Shown here: piece by piece, positions 1-12,889 of the stretch
How the letters are laid out: each line of letters opens with the position of its first letter
Position numbering within the stretch: position 1 is the stretch's first letter
From: Eledone cirrhosa
Lineage: Eukaryota
Reading direction: 5' to 3'
Assembly: GCA_964016885.1 (NCBI GenBank)
Contig: OZ024742.1
Span: 230,082,001-230,146,000 of the forward strand
Length of the DNA stretch: 64,000 nt
Position numbers and translations under genes: made by a program
The notes under the pieces: generated by a model
What the model was told of the DNA's origin: nothing
Seen by the model: the letters and a program-made list of their open reading frames with translations, nothing else
Databases searched by the model: none

Positions 1-13
1 ATATATATATATA

Positions 14-52
<39 letters not shown>

Positions 53-67
53 ATATATATATATATA

Positions 68-110
<43 letters not shown>

Positions 111-470
111 ATATATATATATATGTGTGTGAGTACACGTGTGTGTGAGTGTGTATTTGTATATTTTGTATACGTGAGTGTGAGTCCATGTGCCCATACC
201 CATATGTGTGGATGCGTATATGTATGTGCATGTATATATGTAAAACACCTCCTACATTGCCTCTCACTTTCCCCCACCCCCACCGATACTCCCCCACTCT
301 CCATATTCGTGACCGCATGCGAGCACGCACATACATGTGGCAGTGTGTGAGCGTGTGTCGATATGTGTGGGCAAGGATGTGTGTATGTGTTTTATGTTGT
401 GTGTGTTTATACAACAATATATGTGCACATATATACATATATGTGTGTGCGTATACGTATATACAAGGTA
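1..470. repeat. (TA)n/(TG)n low-complexity tract
   Basis: Direct reading; the overlapping ORFs are Y/I/C/V-repetitive artefacts. Confidence 0.95.
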
Positions 471-479
471 TCTGTCAGA

Positions 480-1045
480 AGAAGAGCGTCTAAATATGTA
501 TCTAGGTAAGGCCCTGACGCCACCAATACATCCACCACACCACCACAAACGCCGCTACCATAGACAACGGCACCAATACCTCACCCCCACACACACGCCA
601 AGCCGTCTACTGACAATCCACTGACCTCATACCACAGCCCATCCCACTAAGCAACCATAACCACCACCATATCATCACATCCACCCCCACATACTCTACA
701 TGCCAAGGCCAACCAACCACCACCCCACCACAGCCCACCTCATCCACCGACCGTCACCATCATCTCACCATCACACCCACCCCCATATACACTACAGGCC
801 AGTACATCGCCTTGATCCTTCCCACCAATCAAAACAACTCATTTTGTCAAACTCTTGAATCTGACTTTACCACATAGCATGTATTTCGTTTTCTTATAGC
901 ATTTTAAGAGGGTCCGTCGAGCTGCGGATTATTGAGTCGGGTAGGATCGATATAGATCGAACCTTGAGCTGATCAGTGGCGAAACGCGCGTCACCTATCA
1001 ATAAATGCAATGAAGGAATAATCAATCGTCCTTTTTATCCTTTCT
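480..1045 (+). mobile_element. Solo PLE-like 3' UTR/pLTR remnant
   Basis: C/A-rich low-complexity stretch, then an HHR-like motif (908-999), AATAAA at 1000-1005 and a (TA)n flank. Same layout as the 3' UTR of the PLE at 56310-56970. Confidence 0.5.
908..999 (+). ncRNA. Variant type I hammerhead ribozyme (core CCGUCGA)
   Basis: GAGGGT-CCGTCGA-[GCTGCGGATT...GATCAGTGGC, 60 nt stem II]-GAAA-CGCGCG-TC-ACCTATC; palindromic stem III. Confidence 0.55.
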
Positions 1046-1063
1046 CTCTCTATATATATATAC

Positions 1064-1116
<53 letters not shown>

Positions 1117-1117
1117 A

Positions 1118-3435
1118 TATAAGATCAAAAGATGGTTAAAAGAGTTCCAAGTATTTTATGACGCGCATTTAAAAAACAAATATCATCATGGGATAATATC
1201 TGTGTTCTCATCAGATAAAATAGGGAGACATGATATGAAGCTTAAAAAACACTTGTGAATAGTGAAGTTTTAAATCAACATATGAAACATATGAAAAATA
1301 AATTAAGATTGATGTATGAGATTGGGAAAAAGTGAGGGAGGGGTGGAAAAGGTAAGGAGGAGGAAAAGATGAGAGTAAAGAAGGGGGGGGGAGTATAAGA
1401 AGGGAGAATGAGAGAGGAGGAGAGATGGGTGATAGAGAGAGAGAGAGAGATAGCCTTTACAACTGAGAAAAAATATATATTGTCTCAGAGAGAAATTAAA
1501 AAGCGGTTGGAAGATAATAGCTAATTTAAAAGAATTTGAAATTAAAAGGTTTATGCATGAAGAAAAAGGAATTAAGAATAATATTAAATTAAGGTTTGTA
1601 TATTGAAGGGTTTAATAATATGTGCGAAGAAAAGAAATTATTAATATGTATTATTAAAATAAAAATATTAATGTTATTAAATATATAATGTGAAAAGAAG
1701 GAGAAGAATGAATGAGTTATGAATTTAGAGGAATTAGGTAGGGTTTAAGTTTGTTTTTATGTAATGTAATATGTGTACATAAATAGCTTGTTTAAAAATT
1801 AGCGCAGAAGGCAAAGAAGAAAAGAATCTTTAAGGAAGAAAATATCTAACATCAAAAAATATATATGTTTACGAAATATTTTCTAATGGTAATAATATAA
1901 TATATTAAAAGAAATTAGTTATGGTTTAAGTTTGTTTTTATGTATTGTAATATGTAAAAAGTCAAATTAAGTATTAGTTTAAAACGAGCATGAAAGGATG
2001 GAGGAGATAAGAGAAATTTAAGGAAGAAAAATCTAACGTCAAAAAATTATATGTTTAAGAAGGACTTCTAATGGTAATACTATAATGTATTAAAATAATA
2101 ATAATTGTTATGGCCAATGGAGGAAAGATGGAAGAATGTATAATGTTGTGGTGAGTAATAATAAGAATTGAGAAGTAGTTAGGAAGAAAAGGTACAGATT
2201 AGAGGTTAGAAATTAAAAAGAAAAGAGGGAGAAAGGAAAATGATAAAGAGGAATGATATAGAATGAGTAAATTGTATTATATAATATAAAATAAATAATA
2301 TTGAAATAAGGTAGAAAGATGGGTATATTTGTAAATCAGAAAAAGAATTTTAAACTAGTAAGGTATTAGATATTAGCTGTATACTTTATGGAATGTTCTG
2401 TGGAATTTATGCAAGCAGAGAGAAAATAAATCAGTGCGTCTATTTATTATAGAATTGAAATTAGATATAATGGTAAATTTCTCAGCTAGGCAGAGATTAC
2501 ATGTTCTGGATAGGGAGGAATTCAAGTAAGGAAAGGCAGAACAACTTTTCTCGAAGAGATGTTGTAGTTAATATTTTTGTCTTTCAAGGACCATATGAGT
2601 TCCGAGAGTGGTATCTAAAAGACGAATTGTGATTATAAATCTAGCTTTGAAGGAGGTGGAGGTGGAATCGAAATAGGTAAAGGAATTGTTATCAGTTATA
2701 ACCTTACATTCATAAACTAAGTTTTTATCAAGACAATGGTTATTAAGAGGACATTTAGTTCTAACGGCAATTACAATTACGATTAGAGAAATTAACAGAG
2801 TTATTAACAAGTGACCTAGTGTTATTTATAGGAGGGATTGGATTGGAGAAGTTATTTACGATAGGAATAATAGTTTCTTGATATAGATTGGTATCATGAA
2901 CATTCAACGAAGTTACGTTTCACGTCGTATTTAAGTTTACAGAATCTAGCCTAGCGTTAACAATGACGTCAGGAGTACTACTACTACTATGTACTACGCT
3001 CAGTGTTGGAAAGACGTGATTTAATATCTTATATTTTATTGTTGTGTTTAGAGACAATGTTAGAGATGTTGGAAGAGATGGAATAAGAAAATGTTATTGT
3101 ATGTTTGTTAAAGATTTTACTATAGATATGTGATGGAGGGAAGAATTTATCTAAGGCCCTAAAGAATAGTTGAGGAATATTATTATTAATAGAAATAAAG
3201 AAAGGACCATTATACCAGATTATATTTTTGTATCTAGGTCTTTCATTTAAGTTATTGGAATGTTCATAATTAATTATTTTAGTGTAAGACCTTCTAGGAT
3301 TGGTTTCTTTACTGTATTTAATGTTATCAGGATAACCGGCTTTAGATATCGCATAAGTATGGTAATTGGCGTTATATTATTTATACTCCAGTCCTACAAA
3401 CTGTTTGCATTGCTTTACTGTACTACAATAAAACT
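1118..3435 (-). mobile_element. 5'-truncated Penelope-like element (Naiad-type GIY-YIG), decayed
   Basis: ORF 2568-2810 contains KCPLNNHCLDKNLVYECKV..TYFDSTSTSFKARF. Close homolog of 58408-60215. HHR at the 3' end. Confidence 0.85.
1152..1222 (-). ncRNA. Type I minimal hammerhead ribozyme (G12 mutated)
   Basis: Reverse strand: TATTTTAT-CTGATGA-GAACACAGATATTATC ccat GATGATATTTGTTTTT-TAAA-TGCGCG-TC-ATAAAATA. The paralog at 58443 has an intact GAAA. Confidence 0.75.
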
Positions 3436-3442
3436 CACCTCC

Positions 3443-3443
<1 letters not shown>

Positions 3444-3507
<64 letters not shown>

Positions 3508-3524
3508 CTATATATATTTACACA

Positions 3525-3580
<56 letters not shown>

Positions 3581-3587
3581 TATATTT

Positions 3588-3643
<56 letters not shown>
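3444..3643. repeat. (TA)n microsatellite
   Basis: Direct reading. Confidence 0.97.
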
Positions 3644-3644
<1 letters not shown>

Positions 3645-3645
<1 letters not shown>

Positions 3646-3990
3646 CACCTGCAACCCTGATGGTATCCAATGATGTTGACTTGTTCTTCTTTTTGGTAAA
3701 TATCATCTTGGTTAAGAGAGTGGGACTGGCTTTGTGCAGTGCCTTTGCTCACTATAAAAGCTTCACGGCACAGGCATTGCTTTATATCTAGAGATCTCTC
3801 CGCACTTGTCGTCACATGGTACCATGAGCCTAGCACTATGTGTCAATAATTGTCACAGGTGTAGTGTTTGTACCAGAGTTTTCAAGTCGCTGGCTGGACT
3901 AAAAAGTCAAACTCGTTTAGCGCATCGGTAGGAGTTCTCCTACATGGATATAAAGTAGTGTCCGTACTCGAAAACGAGTTGGCAGCCACC
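3645..3990 (-). mobile_element. Dispersed repeat, probable 5' end of a non-LTR element (copy 1)
   Basis: 3764-3990 is a close inverted homolog of 45120-45346. Both begin GGTGGCTG directly at a microsatellite. Confidence 0.6.
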
Positions 3991-5135
<1,145 letters not shown>

Positions 5136-5199
5136 TAATCAAAAACGGCTCCCTGAAAAAAAACAATTTCTTTTTAGCCTTGAACCTGGCAAAAGAGAT

Positions 5200-6820
5200 A
5201 GAGAAAAACATTTTGGCCATCACCCAACACCAACCTTGCTGTCCCTAACACACAATCACTAACACACAATCACAAAACAAACCCCCTTCAACAGTCAAAA
5301 CCAGCCACCACACTAGCCTCCACATTCTTACTTAATACACAGAAATGGAAGATCCAATTCATTGTGGATTGGGTTGGTAACCATCCATTTCACATCCCCT
5401 TCTTCATTCTTACTGATACCGACCTTGACAACTCCCACTTGGAGGCCGAAGTAAGAGTGAGAAATTTCACAACCATCCGTGCGGATCGTGTTGGCAGAAG
5501 GAAGGGTGGAACTGCCATTTTCCTGCATGATTTCTTTACGGCAGATGGCAACACAAAATTCTCTAATGGATACTGTGAATCAGTCACTGTGCACAATAAA
5601 GCTAATGACCTGACATTAGTTGGGCTCTATAGGCCACCACAAACACCCATAATCTGTTTCAAAGAATGCCGCAACAGTATTAAATGCTTTATCAAACAGT
5701 GCCATTCTAGCAACATACTTTTGATGGGAGACTTTAATCTACCCTGTGTTGATTGGTCTACATGTAGTTTGAAACCAGGCTCCACAGCCTCAACCACTGA
5801 CAAAGAGGCTGTTGAGTCACTTCTTGACTTCATGAATGAGTTTTTCTTGTCACAACTTGTCCTTGCACCAACGAGGCATCAGAAGAACATTCTGGACCTA
5901 GTGTTTAGTAACTACACTAACACTATACATAATATTACAGTGGAAAAACCCTTCTCTCAGATCATGACATGGTTCTTTGTAACCTGAGATTCCACCAGCC
6001 GAAAGCTAATCCCAGGTTCCTCTCTCCAGCCCACCAATTTGATAACATGGATCTCTACAATGCCAACTGGGATGCAATTATGAATGAACTATCACATGAC
6101 GACTGGTCTTTTACACACGCACACACTTCCACCAACATCAAAACATCTTGGAAGATCCTTGCAGACACTATCACAAATATATGTACAAAACACACCCCAC
6201 CAAAACCTGTGAAAAAAACCAATTAAAAACCAAAACAAAAACAATTATCAGAAAAATAAAAAGAGCAAACAAAAAAATTAACACACTAAAATACTGCCAA
6301 CAGCAACACACATATTCAATGGCTATCACCCTGCTTGAGTCAAACAAATATAACCTCCAGCAAAGCATGATGACGATCATCAATAACCAGAGAAAAAACT
6401 GAAGAGAGGTGGGCCATTGAGAAAATAAAACTCAACCCCAAAGTGTTCTTCTCATTCGCTAAAAAACACAAGGTCACCGTCTCCACTGTTGGCCCCCTAG
6501 TTGATGAAAATGGCACACTCCAGGACAATGCCAAAACCATGGGCGAGATACTGCAGAAACAATACTGCTCTGTTTTCAGCAACCCTGATATGGCCGATCT
6601 GGGCCGTATCAGTGATATTAACCCCCAACACACTATATCAGACATAACGTTTGGCGCCCCTTATGTCTTAGCGGCAATAAACGAAATTAAACACAATTCA
6701 GCAGTAGGCCCTGACATGTTCCCTGCTTGTGTCCTGAAGGTGTGTCGACACCAACTTGCAACTCCTCTTGCTAATCTGTGGAGGAACTCACTGGACACTG
6801 GCTATATTCCTGAACATTGC
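5200..6820 (+). pseudogene. LINE (CR1/L2 group) ORF2 fragment: APE endonuclease plus linker, frameshifted, truncated before the RT core
   Basis: Motifs RADR..KGGT, GLYRPP, LMGDFNLPCVDW, PTR..NILDLVF, SDHD (frameshifted) and GPD..LATPLANLWRNSLDTGYIP in ORFs 5364-5987, 5969-6226 and 6443-6862. Confidence 0.85.
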
Positions 6821-6914
6821 TTCCACTTCATTTATTCTCATCTCGGGAACAATTTTGAATAGCGCCAGTTCGTAATTTGAACTCGGGAATTTTATATTCT
6901 CCGAGTGAAAAGAT

Positions 6915-6998
6915 CCTTCTGACGAGAGTTTATCTTTGCAATGGATGCCGTAAGGACTGTCCGTTTATTTTTGAGACTCGAAGCCGATTCGGTAAAGG
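6915..6998 (+). ncRNA. Type I hammerhead ribozyme with G15.1 and long stem II, in a solo pLTR-like segment (~6820-7175)
   Basis: CCTT-CTGACGA-GAGTTT...(GGATG-CC gtaa GG..TGTCC)...AGACTC-GAAG-CCGA t TCGG-TA-AAGG. Confidence 0.7.
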
Positions 6999-7197
6999 TA
7001 ACCATAGTGAGTAAAGTTAATTTTTTAAAATTTATTTTGAAACTTTTTCTTATTTGCTAAACCTGATTATATATGTTCTGGCTCGTTAATTTATTAACCT
7101 ACCATTGAACCATATTGGCATATGGTTGGACAATACATGTGTCCCTAAGCGCCTTGTGCGTGTAGGGATATATACTTTATTATTATTATTATTATTA

Positions 7198-10192
7198 TTT
7201 GCATTTATCTTGCTTTATGTTTATACGAGTTATCACCAAGTCACAACCAGTGACCTCAAGAGACAACAAGGTCCGCCATGTTCAAGAAAGAACACACATA
7301 TTCACACATGCATCCTTAGTGTTTAGACTTGTGATGTACTTATATTGACAGGATCTTCCTTAGTATATGGGCAGTTCCCATTAGTACTATCTTTTGTATT
7401 TCTCCTATACGCGGGTTTCCTGGGATTTGCGATAAGTAGTCGTTAGACCCCTTAGGTATCATTCCCAGAGCGCCTACAACCACTGGTATTGTTTTAGTTC
7501 TCAATTTCCACATTTTTCCAATTTCTATCTCCAGGTCCTTATACTTGCTCAATTTTTCAAATGTTTTTATAGATACATTCTTGTCTATTGGAACAGACAT
7601 ATCAATTAGCAGGCATACCCTCCTTTGAAAGTCCTTCAATATTATATCAGGTCTATTTGCATCTATTTTTCGGTCTGTTTGGATGCTAAAGTTCCACAAG
7701 ATTGAGATGTGATCTTTTTCAAGTATGGGAGGTGGTTGATGCTCCCACCAATTCTTTTGATGGGGCAGGTCAAAATGCTTACACATTATCCAATGTATGT
7801 ATTGTGCAGCTCTGTCATGCCTGTTTAGGTATTCGGTTGGAGCTATAGAACTGCACATTGAAATTATATGGTCAATGGTCTCTGGTTGTTTTTTGCATAC
7901 ACGGCATAATGGGCTGCACCCATTTTTTATTATGTTGGCTTGGTAATTTTTTGTTGGCAGACACTGATCTTGTGCGGATATAATCAGTCCTTCAGTCTCC
8001 GATTTCAGTCCAGAGGATGCCAACCACTGATGGGTTAAAGTTTTGTCAACATCAGGATTGTTAGCTCGCTCTGGGTATTTTCCATACAGAGGCTTTTCTT
8101 GCCATTTCTTAGCCAGTTTCTGTAGCAGTTCTTTCTTTGCAGTTACTTTTACCTGCTTTGCTTTTTCTGTGTTTTCCATTTCAGCAGTAAATGGGACTTC
8201 TGAAATTTGTAGTCCATTACTGTATCTTTGTGCATCTTTTGTAATGGAATATGATCTTTTGGTGCTTTCGTGTTTCAAAACGAGTTTGATCATCCAATCA
8301 TGTGATTCCCTTAGATATGTGGATAATCCAATTGTTGCAGTTTTCCTTTCCCTCATTGTCGAGTGCTTGATTCCGTCTCCTTCACAAACACCTAGATATT
8401 TGTAAGTTTGTTCTTGATCAAGCTCTCTTATCACGTTCCCCCGATCAAGATTAATGTCTGAACTCTTCAGCAGCTTTCCTCTGGTGAACGTTGCTTTGGC
8501 GCATTTATCCAGTCCAAACTCCATTTTAATGTCATCACTGAACTGCTTCACAGTGGATAGTAGCCCTTGCAATTGTTCATCATTTTTTGCAAATAGTTTC
8601 AGGTCATCCATGCAGAACAGGTGATTAATGGTTTTGTCATAGACTCTATATCCATGTTTTGTTTCATTGAGCATTTTACTTAATGGTATAAGTGCGATGC
8701 AGAATAAAAGCGGTGATAAAGAGTCACCCTGAAAAATTCCACAATTAATGTTAACTTCTCCAGCTTTCAGTGATTTTGTTTCACTATTCAAAAGGAGTGT
8801 CGTTCTCCATGTCCTCATACTGAATGACAAAAACCTCCTGATAACGGGGGATATTTTGAAAATCTCTAAACATTTTTCAATCCAACTGTGTGGCAAACTA
8901 TCAAATGCTTTTTTATAATCTATCCAAGCAATCGATAGATTTTTGTGTCTATTATGACAATCTTCCAGTATCATTTTGTTAACCAGAAGCTGATCCTTAC
9001 AGCCATATGAGCCTCGTTTACACCCTTTCTGCTCAATGGGAAATAGGTCATTTGTTATCAGGTGGTCATATGTGTATTCAGTTAGGACTGATGTTAAAAT
9101 TTTATACATTGTGGTCAAGCAGGTTATCGGTCTGTAATTTTTGGGATTGTTTGTCTCATCATTCTTCGGTAGCAGGAATGTAATGCCGTTAACTAGCCAT
9201 GATGGTATCTTTTCTGGCTCCTTAACTATTTCATTGTAAAGTTGGGCTAACAGCTCATGAGACTCTGTGAATGCATTTATCCAAAAGTTTTGTATTTTGT
9301 CTTTTCCTGGGGATTTCCATTTGCTGGTTTTTCTTAGAGCCAAGCGCAGCTGTTCGACTGTTATATTTTCCCATGTTTGTTCTTCAAGGTGAGCTGTTTC
9401 TTTCATTTGTCTGTCTATCCATGGGGCATGTATGTTATGAACTTTTTCTTCGGCCCAGATCTTTTCCCAGAATTCTTGCACTTCCTCCTTGGGTGGTATT
9501 GATTTAGCAGTTATTGTTGACTTACCAATTTTTCTGTAGAAGTTTCTTTGGTTGTTTTTGAACATATTATTGTCCTTATAGAATCTAGATCGTTTTTCAA
9601 AGCGCCTTATACGAGCAGCTTTGGCCGACACTTTTTGCTTGATTGTTTCTATCAGCATGTCTATGTCACATGTTGATCTAATACTGTACTTTTTTTTCAA
9701 TTTTCTAAGTTTAGTTTGTTTAACATGTTCACCTACTTTATAGTTTGTTAAAATTTCTATGTCAGATCGGAGAAGGTTTATTTGGCGATTGATGTTATCT
9801 TGCCAAGTAGATTTCTTGTGGGAATTCCTTTGTTTTTTCATCTTCACTCCACATAAGTGAGTGGTGACTTTAGCCGATGCATAATAGAGATGATTTAAGT
9901 CAGTAATGTTTAGTTTGTTTGTGATGATAATGTTTTTGAGAATTATGTTAGTCTTGTGTATTATCTTTTGGTTCTGTTTGGAGTTCTGGATCTTAGGGAG
10001 GGTGTCTCGTTCCCCCATGTCAGATTCTTTCATTTTCATCCATTCGATCATAATTTCATCCTTCAAGTTGGCAAGTTCATTCTCATTCATTTCTTTATCA
10101 TTTACGATCTCATTATTTTCATTTGGTGTTTCATCCTGAGCATGCACTCCCTCCACTTTTTCGCTCCTTTCTTTAATTTGTTCTGTTGCCAG
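7198..10192 (-). mobile_element. R4/Dong-clade non-LTR retrotransposon, 5'-truncated, inserted in (TAA)n
   Basis: RT-CCHC-REL ORF. (TTA)n runs on both sides (about 7177-7199 and 10194-10260) match the known (TAA)n target of Dong elements. Confidence 0.88.
7340..10156 (-). CDS. RT + CCHC zinc knuckle + restriction-like endonuclease (938 aa, internally deleted; the ATG is probably not the native start)
   Basis: WKSPGKDKI, YRPITCL, WIDYKKAFDS, GIFQGDSLSPLLF, LFCMDDLKL, CRVC..ETIDHIISMC, RHD, RPDII..LIDMSVP..KLSKY. Confidence 0.85.
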   Translation of the reverse strand: MEGVHAQDETPNENNEIVNDKEMNENELANLKDEIMIEWMKMKESDMGERDTLPKIQNSKQNQKIIHKTNIILKNIIITNKLNITDLNHLYYASAKVTTHLCGVKMKKQRNSHKKSTWQDNINRQINLLRSDIEILTNYKVGEHVKQTKLRKLKKKYSIRSTCDIDMLIETIKQKVSAKAARIRRFEKRSRFYKDNNMFKNNQRNFYRKIGKSTITAKSIPPKEEVQEFWEKIWAEEKVHNIHAPWIDRQMKETAHLEEQTWENITVEQLRLALRKTSKWKSPGKDKIQNFWINAFTESHELLAQLYNEIVKEPEKIPSWLVNGITFLLPKNDETNNPKNYRPITCLTTMYKILTSVLTEYTYDHLITNDLFPIEQKGCKRGSYGCKDQLLVNKMILEDCHNRHKNLSIAWIDYKKAFDSLPHSWIEKCLEIFKISPVIRRFLSFSMRTWRTTLLLNSETKSLKAGEVNINCGIFQGDSLSPLLFCIALIPLSKMLNETKHGYRVYDKTINHLFCMDDLKLFAKNDEQLQGLLSTVKQFSDDIKMEFGLDKCAKATFTRGKLLKSSDINLDRGNVIRELDQEQTYKYLGVCEGDGIKHSTMRERKTATIGLSTYLRESHDWMIKLVLKHESTKRSYSITKDAQRYSNGLQISEVPFTAEMENTEKAKQVKVTAKKELLQKLAKKWQEKPLYGKYPERANNPDVDKTLTHQWLASSGLKSETEGLIISAQDQCLPTKNYQANIIKNGCSPLCRVCKKQPETIDHIISMCSSIAPTEYLNRHDRAAQYIHWIMCKHFDLPHQKNWWEHQPPPILEKDHISILWNFSIQTDRKIDANRPDIILKDFQRRVCLLIDMSVPIDKNVSIKTFEKLSKYKDLEIEIGKMWKLRTKTIPVVVGALGMIPKGSNDYLSQIPGNPRIGEIQKIVLMGTAHILRKILSI

Positions 10193-10193
10193 T

Positions 10194-10194
10194 G

Positions 10195-10277
<83 letters not shown>

Positions 10278-10322
10278 TATAATACACACACACACACACA
10301 CACAAACACACGTATATATATA
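10194..10322. repeat. (TTA)n-(TA)n-(CA)n compound microsatellite
   Basis: Direct reading. Confidence 0.95.
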
Positions 10323-10554
10323 TATATTTTTTTCTTTTTTCAGTCTGGTCTACCTCTGGATAGAAATCAATGTAATCTTGTAAAATCCATAGAGAAGTTC
10401 TGTGTTTCGCTGAATTAATTCTTTAGATACAGAGTCAGATATTAGGTATCAAATTATCAATAAAAATAAAAACAACAAAATAAAAACAAAGTTATAAAGT
10501 AACTTGACTTTGTTCTTTTTATTTTCAATGTTAATTTGATAACACACACACACT

Positions 10555-10587
<33 letters not shown>

Positions 10588-10656
10588 GAAAACAGGGAGA
10601 AAGAGACGATTATTAGGAAGAAAAATATATTTTTTTCCTTTTTTGTTTCTCTCTCT

Positions 10657-10757
<101 letters not shown>

Positions 10758-11414
10758 AATATATGTATATATATATATATATGTTATATATATATAATGA
10801 GTCTTTTTACTCTGGAGCTTTGCCTGTTTATCACACTATCATAATTTAAACAGGCAAAACTCCAGAGTAACAATACAAGAAGTATAAGTCAACAGGTTAG
10901 ACGAATATATATAAGCCAGAAACATAGTTGTAGGGCGTCTGGTGAAGAAGCAGAATATTAAGTTTTTACTACATGATTGAAAAAAGTGTTAAGTATAATA
11001 GTAAACTTTCAGAATTGAGAAGAGTTAGATCACACCTCACATAAACAAAAATAAAGCAGTGTGGTACTGATAATAAGACAAAAACATGCAGTTATTCACA
11101 GTAAATATGCTGAATAATGAGTTTCTTTCAATGATTGAAAAGTCAAAACATTCCGGTTTCAACACAAGAAACACTATTGATTGCTTATCGGAACACTCAG
11201 ATATCTACTTCTACTAAGATGTTACACAAAAAATATTTTTATTCAATTCTTTGAAATCGTCTGTTGTTGTTTCTGAGATGATTATATGCTAGTTTAGCTC
11301 CAGGTCAGACCTGTACAAATAGGCAGACGTTGGATACAATGTTTGTCGAAAAGATATCCGACTTCATGCTGGGGAAAAACAATTACGTACGTAGTGGTGT
11401 ACTATTTCTAAATA

Positions 11415-11562
11415 TAGGGTGGTCGCTAGAAAAGCGGAAAATTTGTCAAACTGCGATTTATTTTTACAAAGGCTGATGTTACAAAGTATTACAGTCACAA
11501 ATACTCAAAATGGCGTCCGTGCACGTCATGACAAATTTTCCGCTTTTCCAGCGACCACTCTG
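11415..11562. mobile_element. Tc1/mariner-type MITE (148 bp)
   Basis: 34 bp TIRs (TAGGGTGGTCGCTAGAAAAGCGGAAAATTTGTCA / TGACAAATTTTCCGCTTTTCCAGCGACCACTCTG, 3 mismatches) with TA on both flanks. Confidence 0.8.
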
Positions 11563-11917
11563 TATAACTATGTCTATTCTGGACCTACAGATTTGGCCTA
11601 GCGATACCTATATTGTTCCATTAAATTTGAAACATCGCTGGCTGCATGATGTGACCTCAGCCCTCGACACAGGAACCTTTTCAATGGCGTCTTCATATTT
11701 ACGAACAACCTCAAAACCGAAGAAGCCATATTCCAACACACACACACACTGCGAATGAGTGAAATGCTTTGCTTTACCAAGAAAACTTGAATCCGCTTCG
11801 ACAAATGAGCCAGGATATTGTCATAATGATGTTTTACAAGACGAAGCGATCCGGTATCTTGCACCAATCTGCTAAACGAAGATATCGGAGAATTTCGTAA
11901 CTATTTTTACTTTTGGT

Positions 11918-12124
11918 ACAAGGCCAGAAATTTGAAGAGAACGGTAAAATGAAAGTCGATGAAATCAAAACCAGTGCATTACTGGTAATTTATTTTATCG
12001 AACCGGTAAGGATGAAAAACAAAGCTAACTTCGGCTGGTTTTGAACTCAGAACGTAATGGAACGCAACTCTATGTCACTAATTCTATTGTTCGTCGATCT
12101 ACTCGTACCACCAATCCACCAGCC
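11918..12124 (-). mobile_element. tRNA-derived SINE, diverged copy
   Basis: Homologous to 35016-35203 (CTGAGTTCAAA box B; TTCATCC..TCGATAAAATAAA core). Confidence 0.7.
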
Positions 12125-12889
12125 TCGAGTATTTCATAATAGTACTTCTTTTTTGCCCCTTGTTTACTCCTCTATTGTGACAAAATGCCTCGATAATCGA
12201 AGAAAACATTCAGCATACCTTGTTTTTGCTCTGCTATTAATACATCTTTTGATGTTTGGAAACACTGGATGTTTCGACTGTGATAACTGAAGTTTTGCTT
12301 TCGGATTGCACGCGTAAACTACGTGGTATTCAGGAACTCAGAATCTTTGATATCAGTATTGTGTGAAAGGAAAATACTCGATAGCGATTGACGTATCCAG
12401 CGAGATTGTCTCCTGTAAAACAACATATATGCTTCCCAGGAATTGAATAAATTCGGATACTTTTTCGACAAACTTCGTATATCATCATTCATCGCCTTTC
12501 CACCTTTCTTTTAAGAAACAATGTATCTAAGATTACATGAAGCTATATCTGATTAGATGGAGTTGTATTTGTGTTACATAATGTATAGAGAAATCTGAAA
12601 TTAGGTTAGCAGGTGTCCTCAAATGGGTTTCCACTAATTGTAAAATGTTTTATGGATTCTTTTAAAATATTATATATTATTATATAATCACATACGGTTC
12701 TTTGAGATGCCTTAAGGTGTGAAATTGCAATAGGCAGCATCATAGCTAGGAAATAGCTGCGACAAAGAATGGAATGTAAATGTCATAGTATCACTGGTAT
12801 CAAATATGTGATAAGGTTCTGATACATAATGACTTCTCGCTCTTTCATGTCACACACATTACTAATATATGAATACACTAAGAGAATGA

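Noticed and set aside
12281-12332. CTGAAGT...GTAAA-CTACGTGG-TA hammerhead-like relic
   Set aside because: Both core halves are altered and the stems are weak; it cannot be distinguished from chance.
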